A model generated the notes under the pieces. The model was not told where the DNA came from and did no database searches. It was given only the letters and a program-made list of their open reading frames with translations. Positions 45,727 through 55,915 of a stretch of 64,000 nt of DNA are shown here, in pieces. Numbering within the stretch: the stretch's first letter is position 1; each line of letters starts with the position of its first letter. The position numbers and the translations under genes are program-made. The DNA comes from a virus: IMG/VR virus record IMGVR_UViG_3300032047_000003, positions 1 through 64,000 of that record; one strand, written 5' to 3'.

Positions 45727-47961
45727 TTACCTATGAGTTAAATAAAAGATGCTAAGTCTTAGATCAAAAGGATTAGCTGGATATTCAAGAAGATGATCCG
45801 AATCCCAAAGGCATTTGTTACCATAAGGCAATACTACTCTGATGTATTCTTTAGTGTTTGGATCATCCGGAGTTTGGCTATACCTTAACATGATAGCAGG
45901 ACCAGTTAAGTGATCTTCCTGTGTTGTTTCGTTCGTGCCATGCCCCGATCCATTTATTGTAGTGTACGTATTTGAACTTTTATTTTTTATAATACCGGTT
46001 ATGTTTAATATTTGATTTGTAGTAATTCTTACGTCTATACCACTTGTTGCGGTACCATTCGAGGTTACATGTTGTTCTTCGCTCCCATTGCCTACCGATG
46101 GAAGAAGTATATCCAAGAAAAATGGAGATACTGTCACAAGCCCTAATCCCGAGCTGCTAGTATTCACTGGATACCTGTCGAAAGTAACGTCATTTAAGTA
46201 AATAGTTGCCATTCCAATACCAGGGCATTTCCATTGATTCCCACCCATAGTAGAATCATTAATCTTATCGCTATCTTCACAAACTATTTCGTCTCTCTTT
46301 TTAGCCAAGCCTAAACTCTGCGTAGAAGTTACTGTGCCGCCCTGATTGGTATTGAATGCATCTAATCCTTGAAAGTAGACTGGCCCGCCTCTAAAAACAA
46401 AACCTCCTGGTCTTTGAGTTGCAGAAGACCTGTACTCGTTTGGCTCACATTTAAAATCAAAGTCAGTGAAACGCTCTAAAACAATGTCCGAATTTGTATC
46501 ACTGGATTGAAAAGTGTTGTCGCCTCTAAGCGTCAAATCATATCCAGTACTAACTATATTACCTTCATTTCTTATAGATAACTGCGTACCACCTCTGCTA
46601 ATGGACGTATCTTCATTTCCAAAAAGCAATTTATAGCTACTTCCAGAACCAACATAAGATCCAGCAGATCCAGCAGATTTTCCTATAAGAAGATCCCCTC
46701 TCATGGCGTTTTGATCATTTAAACCAGTGTCGGTCACTCCATCGTAACCATCTCTATGTAAATACTGCGGAGCAAAATTAGAAACATTCTCAGATTTTGT
46801 AAACGGCCCAGAACTACCTTCCTTATCAGTAATAGATCCAATTGAAGAAACCGGAACAAGAGGTTCTCCAAACTCTCTTGAATGAGAGTGATGAAATTGT
46901 TTTAATTTTAAATCCTGTATAGAACTTGTTATGTCCGTTCCTATAGTCGCTATGCAAAAAATATCCGTTGAAGGGTTTTCTATTTCTATTCCCACTATTT
47001 TAATTTCAGTATCTGAAATAAAATAGTATTCACCTTGAGTATATATTTCGCCAGTACTATAGTTCTTTAAGTAAAGGAACCCCTCAGGAATAAGATGCTC
47101 GCCAATAACGCTTCCATTGTTGTCAAAGTAATCCGAACCGTAAAGCGCTCTTAAAACATTTGGTAGTTTTAATTGAACGCCATAATTTATTTCATTGGAT
47201 TCCAGAACTACTCCTTCTTCTGAAGTTAAATTCTGATGAGCAACACTAGGTATCAATACGCTGTAATAGTCTCCGTTCAAAGTTACAGTAACTCCAACTC
47301 CTTGAGAGTTCATATAAGCTTCATCTGGGATTAAATTTGCAGAAGAGCCAGTATAAGAGCTTCCTCCGTTATATTGACTAGGAATAGTAGTGTACTCAAT
47401 TACCCAGTCTGGACCAGACTTATCGTAGAAATAAACTACGCTTCTATCTGTATCGTAAAAGTAATCTCCACTAACAGAAAGCAAAGTCGAACTACTAACT
47501 AGATTGGTTGGAGACCCTGACCCTGTAATGCTTAAAATATTCGTTCCTGGATATTTCAAAGAATGAGAATAAACATTTTCCGAAATGTCTTCCACTATAT
47601 CTCTTTCTAAATCTACATTTACACGTCCATTGGAAAGACCTTCTGTCAGATTAAAAGGGTTCAATTTAGAGATAGGCCCTAATAATCTCCCTATACTAGG
47701 AATGTTCAAGCTATATCCTTTTTCATCGCTTCCTGGATTCAACTCAAAAGAAGTTTTTTTTGAAATATCTCCACTAAGTTTTCTATTCGTGCTAGAAACA
47801 TACGGTTCACTTTCAGCCCAAATATCTCCTATTGTTTTTTCCAAAACATAAAGGTTGGCTCTTGTTTGTATACTTATGCTATTGAACTTATTCGCACTTG
47901 GCTGTTCGCCGTCTACAAAGAAAGGAAAAATAGAAGAACCGCTTTTCTTTTTATCACTCAT
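45727..47961 (-). CDS. putative baseplate/fibre-anchoring structural protein
   Basis: N-terminal FVDGEQPSANKFN; HHSH and PQYLHRDG segments; G/S/T-rich C-terminus. Confidence 0.55.
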   Translation of the reverse strand: MSDKKKSGSSIFPFFVDGEQPSANKFNSISIQTRANLYVLEKTIGDIWAESEPYVSSTNRKLSGDISKKTSFELNPGSDEKGYSLNIPSIGRLLGPISKLNPFNLTEGLSNGRVNVDLERDIVEDISENVYSHSLKYPGTNILSITGSGSPTNLVSSSTLLSVSGDYFYDTDRSVVYFYDKSGPDWVIEYTTIPSQYNGGSSYTGSSANLIPDEAYMNSQGVGVTVTLNGDYYSVLIPSVAHQNLTSEEGVVLESNEINYGVQLKLPNVLRALYGSDYFDNNGSVIGEHLIPEGFLYLKNYSTGEIYTQGEYYFISDTEIKIVGIEIENPSTDIFCIATIGTDITSSIQDLKLKQFHHSHSREFGEPLVPVSSIGSITDKEGSSGPFTKSENVSNFAPQYLHRDGYDGVTDTGLNDQNAMRGDLLIGKSAGSAGSYVGSGSSYKLLFGNEDTSISRGGTQLSIRNEGNIVSTGYDLTLRGDNTFQSSDTNSDIVLERFTDFDFKCEPNEYRSSATQRPGGFVFRGGPVYFQGLDAFNTNQGGTVTSTQSLGLAKKRDEIVCEDSDKINDSTMGGNQWKCPGIGMATIYLNDVTFDRYPVNTSSSGLGLVTVSPFFLDILLPSVGNGSEEQHVTSNGTATSGIDVRITTNQILNITGIIKNKSSNTYTTINGSGHGTNETTQEDHLTGPAIMLRYSQTPDDPNTKEYIRVVLPYGNKCLWDSDHLLEYPANPFDLRLSIFYLTHR

Positions 47962-47973
47962 TTAAAATACCTC

Positions 47974-50340
47974 TTATTTAAAATTCAAACCCAAACTTAG
48001 TTTATTTTTAGTTAATGGGTTTATACTCAAAAAATTTAATCCACCTACGCCCGACGAAACATCATCCGCTTGATCTATTATCCTAAAGCCATAAGGAACC
48101 GGTAACGATTCGTTGAAATCCACACCGTTAAGATACCTAGGAATATTTATTTTAGCCCTTACTCTATTAGAAACCACAGTGTTCCCAGTATATGGATCTT
48201 GACACCAAGCATACATAGTTACCATCCCGGGAGTAAGTATAACATAATCCCCAAGTTTTTCATCAGAATTATAAGGATCCGGTTCTTTTAATTTTTCTTC
48301 ATATACCAAAACGTTATTGCTAATACTAGAAGGTCTAAGGGGGTAATAGGCTCCTTTGTCCCCTGTCAGAGGGTGAGTTACGTCTTCATTCCATTTGAAA
48401 ACAACTCTAGTTAAACCAATTTTAGAATTAGAGCTCCACTCTAAAGAATTTTTTCTAAAAGCATAACACCTTGATCCCAAGTTACTTATAGTTCCATTGC
48501 TGTAGTTATTCTTTAAAAACACATACCAGTAATCTTTTTCTTCTAATATGTTACTAGTTTCTTCTTCAATCCAACCGGTCCCAGAAGAATTTTCTATAGA
48601 CACCTTGGTATATTGATACAAATCGTCATAGTTTCTGTTTCCTGTTTTTTTAAATTTTAAATAAGTTCTGTTATCGAAAGAACCGTCTGGGTTTTGATAC
48701 CGAATTGCTTTGCTTTCTATTTGAAGCAACTCGCCTCTTGTACCTGCATTATGATCGATCTTTAAAACTTCATACAGCTGAACATCCTCTGCAGAGAGAT
48801 TCAAAGGCAAGGGTTCTGTTTCAAATTCTGTATTGTTCGCGTTATATTTTGAAGAAATTATATCTTTTTTAATGTCTTCCCATTCGTAAGGAGCGTAATA
48901 CCCTGCTTCAATTTCTCCATTGGAATTAGAAACATCTACTACTTGTTTTCCTCCATTCAAGAAACCTGGACCAGACTCTATTGCTATGTATATATCAATT
49001 CCTTCTACTCCTTCCATTTCACTGTCTAAAGCTTGAGCAACTGCTCTCGCAAATGAACTTCCATAAAAAAGACCTTCATAGTAGTTTACTCCAACTTCTT
49101 CAATCCCTTCAAGTCTTAAATCCAATTTGACAACATGAACATCTTTTGTGCTAATTTGAATTACACCAGAATTGTTTATATTCTCAGAAGGCTTTACGTT
49201 TAGCTTTTCATCATTTACTAAACTTTTGTTGCAAATTCTAGTTGAGTCCCTTCCGAATTCTAAATCAATTCGAGGAATAGCGTTATACGATATATAAAAT
49301 TTATAGCTTGAAGCTATGTTTTTGCTAAAACTTTTAAGGCCTAACGTCTTTCCCTCGTTTAGTGTATCACCGCTATAAACGATATCCTCTAAAGAACTAG
49401 CGCCTTTAGAACCATAATAGAGGGTTTCTCCTTTTTTAGTTAAAATGAAACCAAAATTAGGATACGTTTTTAAATCTTCAAGATTTTTAATTCTTACTCT
49501 AGTGCTAAGGGTGCTTAAGGTTTCGTCTAGTATTAACTCAGGGTACACTTTAGACCCAACAGTAATTACACCCAAGTCTTCATCTAGTTCAAAGTAGTAC
49601 CCCTCTTCAGCTTCTAAAAACATGTTATTTGATTTTTCAAAAACAATCTTATTGTTTTCTGAAACGGCTACCACTCTTAAAGAGTTTTTTTCTAAAGGAA
49701 AGTATTCCGTGTATATCTTTCTTTCCGAATTGATACTGTACCCCTTGTCTTCCCAAGTTTTTTTGTAAAAAACCTCAGAGCCTACTGGCTTCTTATAGCT
49801 TTCATTAAACAAAACTTTAGGCCCCTCTATTTCGTAAACGTACTTTTTTTTACCTGTAGAAACTTTTTCTACAAATTTCTTAAAAGGGGTTTTTATTTTA
49901 TTTTTATTTCTTCTCCATATCGCAACATTGATTTGATCAAAGTCTTCTTCGATCTCACAGAAGCCTCCGTCCGCTTTTAAACAATAAGAAAAATCTGAAA
50001 AAAGTTGAATTTTTTTATTGTAGATCCAATAGTCGCCTAACTCGTACTTCGGTATCCATTTTAAGCTATCTTTTTCTTCATGTTGATATATCAAAGACAA
50101 AGGTATTTTTTCGTTAACGCCACTTTGCCAATCACTTGAAAGAACCCCATCCATTAAATAGGTTTTATAATTTCCTAAAACTTCTGGATACATTTTGGAT
50201 ACTTGTGCACTGCTTCCAAAAAAAGATCTATCAAACTGCAACGAAGAGTTTTCTAGATCAAGATAGCTTCCATAGCTAAGTAGCTCTTGTATTTTATTTG
50301 TTACCGTACACTCTAAGTCCACTTCTACGCTTTTAAACAT
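47974..50340 (-). CDS. putative baseplate structural protein
   Basis: Long ORF in the baseplate operon; Ig-like segment. Confidence 0.55.
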   Translation of the reverse strand: MFKSVEVDLECTVTNKIQELLSYGSYLDLENSSLQFDRSFFGSSAQVSKMYPEVLGNYKTYLMDGVLSSDWQSGVNEKIPLSLIYQHEEKDSLKWIPKYELGDYWIYNKKIQLFSDFSYCLKADGGFCEIEEDFDQINVAIWRRNKNKIKTPFKKFVEKVSTGKKKYVYEIEGPKVLFNESYKKPVGSEVFYKKTWEDKGYSINSERKIYTEYFPLEKNSLRVVAVSENNKIVFEKSNNMFLEAEEGYYFELDEDLGVITVGSKVYPELILDETLSTLSTRVRIKNLEDLKTYPNFGFILTKKGETLYYGSKGASSLEDIVYSGDTLNEGKTLGLKSFSKNIASSYKFYISYNAIPRIDLEFGRDSTRICNKSLVNDEKLNVKPSENINNSGVIQISTKDVHVVKLDLRLEGIEEVGVNYYEGLFYGSSFARAVAQALDSEMEGVEGIDIYIAIESGPGFLNGGKQVVDVSNSNGEIEAGYYAPYEWEDIKKDIISSKYNANNTEFETEPLPLNLSAEDVQLYEVLKIDHNAGTRGELLQIESKAIRYQNPDGSFDNRTYLKFKKTGNRNYDDLYQYTKVSIENSSGTGWIEEETSNILEEKDYWYVFLKNNYSNGTISNLGSRCYAFRKNSLEWSSNSKIGLTRVVFKWNEDVTHPLTGDKGAYYPLRPSSISNNVLVYEEKLKEPDPYNSDEKLGDYVILTPGMVTMYAWCQDPYTGNTVVSNRVRAKINIPRYLNGVDFNESLPVPYGFRIIDQADDVSSGVGGLNFLSINPLTKNKLSLGLNFK

Positions 50341-50343
50341 ATT

Positions 50344-51210
50344 CTATACATCCCAATGGTTAGAAAAACTTTTAAAAAGTTCATTGTAGAATTCAATGCC
50401 TTTTTCGTTTAATTCTATTCTTTTTTGTTTTTCATTTTCTACTATATTGTTTTTTATCAAACTGTTAAAAGACTCATCTTTGCAACTTGAAATTTTAATA
50501 TTTTGTTTTTTCAAAAAAAATGGAAAATCAGCATACCCTACAGAAAGGCTAGCGGTCGTTTTGTCAAAAAACAATAATTCTCCATTGAGCCTATTAAAGC
50601 AATAGTCTCCTTCCTCTACAACTTCTTCAAAAGTGTCAACCTTGTTATATGCTCTTTCGTTTAAATTCAAATCAAAATACATAATGTTTTCTATACCTGT
50701 ATCGACTTTCTTTTTTTCTACAAAAGCAACATCTTTGTATTTTAAATTAGTTTCACATTTCAATTTATATGCGCTATCGTATTCATTGATGTTGGCGCCG
50801 TAAACTTCAATACAATCGAAAACTCCAGTAGAATTTATGTATTGTTTTATTTCAGAAAAATCCAAACTATCTCTATACTTAAACTTAAGCTCTTCTTCTT
50901 TGAAAACGTCTTTTACAATTATAAGATCACAAGCATCAATCCTTATACAGCTGTAAGGATATAATTCTTCCCCGTTGGCGTCCTTTGCTTTTTTAATCTC
51001 TAGCATGGGTGCTTCGGTCAAACCCAAACTATTGTTCAAAAAAGAACCTATGTCCTCTATCTTTGCAGACATTCCAGACCTGCATTGGTGCATTATTCTT
51101 TCTTGAAAAGACGCTGTGTCTTCTCCTCTTAGCCTTGTTAAAGAGTATTTAGATCCAATCTCATCAATTTCGTTAAAAAAATTAATCTTTCTAGTTTTAT
51201 ATTCAGACAT
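50344..51210 (-). CDS. putative baseplate wedge protein
   Basis: IDEIGSKYSLTRLRGEDTASFQERI resembles the LDxxG..R..GExD.xxRxRI wedge motif. Confidence 0.55.
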   Translation of the reverse strand: MSEYKTRKINFFNEIDEIGSKYSLTRLRGEDTASFQERIMHQCRSGMSAKIEDIGSFLNNSLGLTEAPMLEIKKAKDANGEELYPYSCIRIDACDLIIVKDVFKEEELKFKYRDSLDFSEIKQYINSTGVFDCIEVYGANINEYDSAYKLKCETNLKYKDVAFVEKKKVDTGIENIMYFDLNLNERAYNKVDTFEEVVEEGDYCFNRLNGELLFFDKTTASLSVGYADFPFFLKKQNIKISSCKDESFNSLIKNNIVENEKQKRIELNEKGIEFYNELFKSFSNHWDV

Positions 51211-53147
51211 TATGTAATCCTTGGCAAAGAATCGATATCAACTGCATCGATTTCTAACTTTAAATGCTTGTCGTTTTCACAATAAACAAAAAGCTTTTCT
51301 TTTAAATTGAAAAATAATTCTATTTTTTCATAATTCGAATTATCGCAAGCCGCAATGTAATCTAAAACGGTTTTCTTTTCTCCATCTATGTAGTATTCCA
51401 AATTAATCTTTGAATTAACAGCAAGATCTCTTTCTGCTTCTTTTGACACAAATAACTTGTCTTTATTTTTGCTCTTCTCTACTTGTAACAAACAATGCCG
51501 CTCATTAATTTTCAAATTGATCTTGTCGGTTGCCTTACCGTTCGCATAAAAAGTATACGTATTGCTTTCTTTTTTGGAAACCAAATGAAAAGGCATTATA
51601 ACCTCTACATCTGTTCTATCCCTTGTGACTAATTCTTCAAGCAACGGAGAGTAAGAAAAAGTATCATGAAACTGATCGTATACCATATAAGAATTAGCTA
51701 AAGACAAGCAAAGAGCTTTGTCTTTATTAAAGAAGATCCCATCAAATTTTTCTGAATTCTCAAAAGAATAACTTTTTTTAGGTTTCATATACTCGCAAAA
51801 AACAGTTGTTGCTATTACTTGAACTGGAAACTCTTCGTACTCTGCTTCTAAGTAAAACTCCCACTCTCCGTATTCATCAAAATAATTTTCAAAATCAAAA
51901 GAATAGGTGTCTGAATTTTTCCAAATATCTGTATTTAAAGATTGAGTTGTTTTAGAACTCGTCCAGGAGCCTTGGTCGTACCACTCAGTAACTCCTGAAG
52001 GTGATATTCTTTTAATTGAAAAACTTTTCACTTTTGCTCTTCTGTTTAAAAAAATCGCTCCAATGTCGTGTTCTTCTAAATATCCGCACCGATTAATCTC
52101 CCTGTAAAAGGACAGAAAAGAATTTCTATTATATGGCTCTGAAGGCCCTTTCATGTCGTGTAAATCGATTTCGTATACATGGATATTATTTTCGTCAGAC
52201 AAACAGTACAAATCGTAGTTCTGCTTATTGATTGCAAAATCAATAATTTTAATCTCTTTCAAATTCTCATCTAAAAAAAGACAATCTACGATATGTTCAG
52301 TCTTTTCAGAAGAACTCAATGTCTTGTCAAAAATATCTATTAGCTGTATTGCCTTTTCAAATTTTAAAAAACAGTATCCAGAATCTTCTTCTAAACTTAA
52401 TTTTAAATTTGTCAAATCTATCCCAGAGCTTGTAAATTTATCAAGAACAACTTCTTTCTTATAATTAGGGCTCTTTCTGCTCGTTAAATAGATCTTTATG
52501 TCTCCTTCAAAACCATCAAAATCAATTTCTTCTAATCTTTTAAATCTCAAAGACGTAACAACTGGCTCTCTATTAAAAACAACTAAACTTTCTTCAATCT
52601 TATTAAAAAACTTATCCCTTCCTTTAATTACAAGCCCATACTCATTGTGGTGGCTAAGTCTTTTGATTACTGATTCTTCATCTTGAAACTGAGATACAAA
52701 GCTGCTTATTCCTGAAAAATCAACCATTAAATTTTCGTCTTCATAAATGTCATTATAAAAATCGCTAGAGCTTTCCCAAATTAACCAATCGTTTACTTTG
52801 ATTTCTTTTTTCAAAATCCAAGCTTCTGGATTTCTATTTAAAAAATCTTTAAAAGAAGGAATGTATTTTAACCTTTTTGAATCTTTGAAAACTGCAGGCT
52901 CTAAAAAATATCCGAATTCATTTGAACTAAAATCTTTATAAGATAAGTTTATTTTATTCAAAAAACTTACCTGCTTAACTGGATTGGAAAACTTTTTATA
53001 ATTTCTAAATACTCTGTTTTCGTAATAGCTGTTTTCTAAAAAACCAGCTACACTATTATAGAGTTTAAATCCGTTTGACCCTTCTTCGTAATTAAACTTA
53101 AAGCTTTCCGGAAAATAAGAAACCATAAGATTGGTATAAAGACTCAT
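51210..53147 (-). CDS. putative baseplate protein
   Basis: TAATG-coupled directly after the J-like gene. Confidence 0.5.
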   Translation of the reverse strand: MSLYTNLMVSYFPESFKFNYEEGSNGFKLYNSVAGFLENSYYENRVFRNYKKFSNPVKQVSFLNKINLSYKDFSSNEFGYFLEPAVFKDSKRLKYIPSFKDFLNRNPEAWILKKEIKVNDWLIWESSSDFYNDIYEDENLMVDFSGISSFVSQFQDEESVIKRLSHHNEYGLVIKGRDKFFNKIEESLVVFNREPVVTSLRFKRLEEIDFDGFEGDIKIYLTSRKSPNYKKEVVLDKFTSSGIDLTNLKLSLEEDSGYCFLKFEKAIQLIDIFDKTLSSSEKTEHIVDCLFLDENLKEIKIIDFAINKQNYDLYCLSDENNIHVYEIDLHDMKGPSEPYNRNSFLSFYREINRCGYLEEHDIGAIFLNRRAKVKSFSIKRISPSGVTEWYDQGSWTSSKTTQSLNTDIWKNSDTYSFDFENYFDEYGEWEFYLEAEYEEFPVQVIATTVFCEYMKPKKSYSFENSEKFDGIFFNKDKALCLSLANSYMVYDQFHDTFSYSPLLEELVTRDRTDVEVIMPFHLVSKKESNTYTFYANGKATDKINLKINERHCLLQVEKSKNKDKLFVSKEAERDLAVNSKINLEYYIDGEKKTVLDYIAACDNSNYEKIELFFNLKEKLFVYCENDKHLKLEIDAVDIDSLPRIT

Positions 53148-54376
53148 TATATTCTCTCAACTTTTATATTTAAATCCCCTAAAGTGAAAAATTCATTCGG
53201 TTCCAACTCATAAACAAATTGAATCAATTTTAATCTTTCGCTTGTAGAAAGGTGAGCTCCGCCATACCCTTTTCTTACATAAGCGGCTTCAATCATTTTA
53301 GACCTGTTAGTCCGATTTGAAATTCCAGAAAGTCTTGTAACTTTCTCTGAAACTTCATTGATCAGCGATATCAAGCTTATATTATTTTCTTCAATTTGAG
53401 ATATTATAAAATTTGAAGCAGCGCTATACACTTCATTTTTTATGTCTATTTCTTCTTCTAGCCCTACAGAGCTACTTACCCAAATAGTAATATCTAAATC
53501 CAAATAAACCCTTACTCCAGGCATGGCTACAATATTAGAGTAAACGCCAAGAGAACTGTTCAATTGATTTTGATACCTATTTACAGTAGATTGATTTATC
53601 TCCTTATTGCCTCCAAAAAGAAAAATTGCAGACTTTCCATAACCAAACCAATTCTTTACAAACCTTTGCGCAAATATTCCCGGTATTTCAAGAGCTTTAA
53701 CTCTCACTGAATTCTCAGTAATTGCAAAATCCGAACTATATTTATTATATATTCTATAACGATAATTTTCGTCTCCCTCAAGATCTCTTCCATTAGTTAT
53801 AGGAATTCTATTCGAACAATACAAGCTATTAGGAGTGCCGCTGTACTTGTTACAAGCATGCTCGGTCAACACGCTAGAGCTTACATTTGAGGCTTCTCCT
53901 GTAGATATTGCTTCAATCCCAACGTACATAAAAGAGGAATTTGCATTCAATATGGCTTTTTCTTTTGTTCTGTACTTTAGTAAATTTCCATTAGCGCCCG
54001 CTGCTCTTATTTCTGTTCCTTGATTTACAACAATATCGTTTCCAGAATTAATATCACCAAAACTCTGGCCTACTGTATAAAAGTAAAAATTATAATCAGA
54101 AGAATCTGTTTCCGCTCGGGTGATTCCTAAACGATCCATCCCATAAGTTCTTCCTATTTCGTCAAGATCTGAACCTTTTGCGCTTGATATACTAATAGAG
54201 TCTAGTACTGCTAAAGTCTGATTATTTACTCTAGCGAGCTCAGCTCCTATAGGCTCAATAATACTTCTTATTACTGAATCGGAATTCCAATTATTAATAC
54301 CAGTTTTGCTCTGAATGCTTTCTTTCATTTTATTATAAATATTCGAATAGCTATTTAAATTAAATTTTGTTGCCAT
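53147..54376 (-). CDS. baseplate J-like wedge protein (contractile tail)
   Basis: SAKGSDLDEIG..YGMDR, IVVNQGT, IEAISTG..SNV, TNGRDLEGDENYRYRI. Confidence 0.85.
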   Translation of the reverse strand: MATKFNLNSYSNIYNKMKESIQSKTGINNWNSDSVIRSIIEPIGAELARVNNQTLAVLDSISISSAKGSDLDEIGRTYGMDRLGITRAETDSSDYNFYFYTVGQSFGDINSGNDIVVNQGTEIRAAGANGNLLKYRTKEKAILNANSSFMYVGIEAISTGEASNVSSSVLTEHACNKYSGTPNSLYCSNRIPITNGRDLEGDENYRYRIYNKYSSDFAITENSVRVKALEIPGIFAQRFVKNWFGYGKSAIFLFGGNKEINQSTVNRYQNQLNSSLGVYSNIVAMPGVRVYLDLDITIWVSSSVGLEEEIDIKNEVYSAASNFIISQIEENNISLISLINEVSEKVTRLSGISNRTNRSKMIEAAYVRKGYGGAHLSTSERLKLIQFVYELEPNEFFTLGDLNIKVERI

Positions 54377-54378
54377 TT

Positions 54379-54984
54379 TTAACTCCTGGGTAAATATTCT
54401 GCATAATCTATATTAGAAACACTAAGCAAATTAGAAGAAGTATTATAATTCATAGTGATTATAATTACTCTGTCTTTTATTTTAGCTTTAAAAAACATCC
54501 TTTCCTTAGGATCTGTAAATCCACTCAAAAGCCAATTTAAACTCGCTTTTGCAATTACCGAAACATTGACTGTGCTTTCAGTATACCTTGTAACTATAAC
54601 ACGAACATCCAAACCGTTAAGCGCGTCATCTGAAAATAATGCACTTTCTACGCTTGTTTTTATTGCATCCATTGCAGAATTACTCAATTCTGCACCATGG
54701 AATTCTACCAGATTTGAAGCCGGTCTAAAAAAAGATGCAGCTGCTTCTCTGCTTAAGGTCAAAAGTCCTTCTTTTAAATTTTCGGTAATGCTGTTTCCCC
54801 ATTCTACTTCCGATAAAGTCAATCTGTCAAAAATGCACTTTGCGACTATATCCATTGGATCTACTGTATGTGAAATATCAATATGGCCCAAGATTGGAGT
54901 TTGATTATAACCTGAATCTTGTGAAAAAATTAAATCTCCATCAGCACCCATTTTTAAATCTCTAGTGTTCCCTTCAAGTCTCAT
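54379..54984 (-). CDS. putative gp25/GpW-like baseplate protein
   Basis: Position directly upstream of J; DLKMGADGDL, RL, IKTSVESALFSD pattern. Confidence 0.5.
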   Translation of the reverse strand: MRLEGNTRDLKMGADGDLIFSQDSGYNQTPILGHIDISHTVDPMDIVAKCIFDRLTLSEVEWGNSITENLKEGLLTLSREAAASFFRPASNLVEFHGAELSNSAMDAIKTSVESALFSDDALNGLDVRVIVTRYTESTVNVSVIAKASLNWLLSGFTDPKERMFFKAKIKDRVIIITMNYNTSSNLLSVSNIDYAEYLPRS

Positions 54985-55334
54985 TTTAAATTACTCCTCA
55001 AGATATAAGCAACTCCAGCAACAGAAATTGCAACTTTTGCAATACCGGTCATATCTGGTATTGCGCCTGGTGCTCCTGGAAACATTTTTGCTAAAACATT
55101 TGTTTCTTTTATTAAGCCCAAAAAGCTTTTATCTGGTCCGGCATAGCTTTTTTTTAATCCAGGTTTTAGAACTTCTGAAGACCCTCCTTCTGTTGGAATT
55201 CCAGAAGCAGGAGATATAAAAGATTTACTTCCCGCGCTTCCATTTCCAAAAGTTATGCTGGAATTGCCTTCAGGCGTAAAATTATAATTTAAAAAACTGT
55301 TGCCTCTACGACCTTGTGTAAAAGAATTTCTCAT
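54981..55334 (-). CDS. hypothetical structural-operon protein
   Basis: GAGGT RBS; hydrophobic C-terminal helix. Confidence 0.6.
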   Translation of the reverse strand: MRNSFTQGRRGNSFLNYNFTPEGNSSITFGNGSAGSKSFISPASGIPTEGGSSEVLKPGLKKSYAGPDKSFLGLIKETNVLAKMFPGAPGAIPDMTGIAKVAISVAGVAYILRSNLK

Positions 55335-55347
55335 ATTTACCTCTTAA

Positions 55348-55914
55348 TTAAGAATATAGCTTGCCCATTAAAAAACTATTAGCACCGTCAATTATACCAG
55401 AAAAACCTCCCGAAAAAAAGCCCATACTTTCTTCCAGTGGGTTTTCTTCCGTTTTGTATATTTGCGAATTCACATTCACTTGAGGTTCTTCGACTTCAAT
55501 TTTATTTCTTGCCACTCTTTCCCCTTTGACATCTCCAATATCCAGAACCCCCCTAAGGCCTTCTTTGATATCTTTGGGCAAAAAATCACCTCTATATTTA
55601 CAAGTTAAATTTAACCCAAGGTAGTTTTCTTCGCAATAGCCTATTTTTTCATAAGCTTCTTCTTTGGTAATATTTGGAGTTACCATTTCTATTCTTTTTT
55701 CATCTTCAAAAAAAACTCTAAACTTTAAAAAATCCCTCGCTTTGTCATGAGAACTTCCTAAAAACCCCTCGTCTGGCGAAGAAACCCCAATCACTTTTCC
55801 TCTGTAAGTTTTAACCTCTTCCCTATTCCTTCGACTTAAATCTTCTTTGCTGATTTGATTTACTTGTAGAGCGTGTCTACTGGTAGAAATTGGACTTATC
55901 ATTTTATAACTCAT
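55348..55914 (-). CDS. hypothetical protein, possibly spike OB-domain-like
   Basis: YRGKVIGV...FRVFF motif and position between the hub-like and gp25-like genes. Confidence 0.45.
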   Translation of the reverse strand: MSYKMISPISTSRHALQVNQISKEDLSRRNREEVKTYRGKVIGVSSPDEGFLGSSHDKARDFLKFRVFFEDEKRIEMVTPNITKEEAYEKIGYCEENYLGLNLTCKYRGDFLPKDIKEGLRGVLDIGDVKGERVARNKIEVEEPQVNVNSQIYKTEENPLEESMGFFSGGFSGIIDGANSFLMGKLYS

Positions 55915-55915
55915 A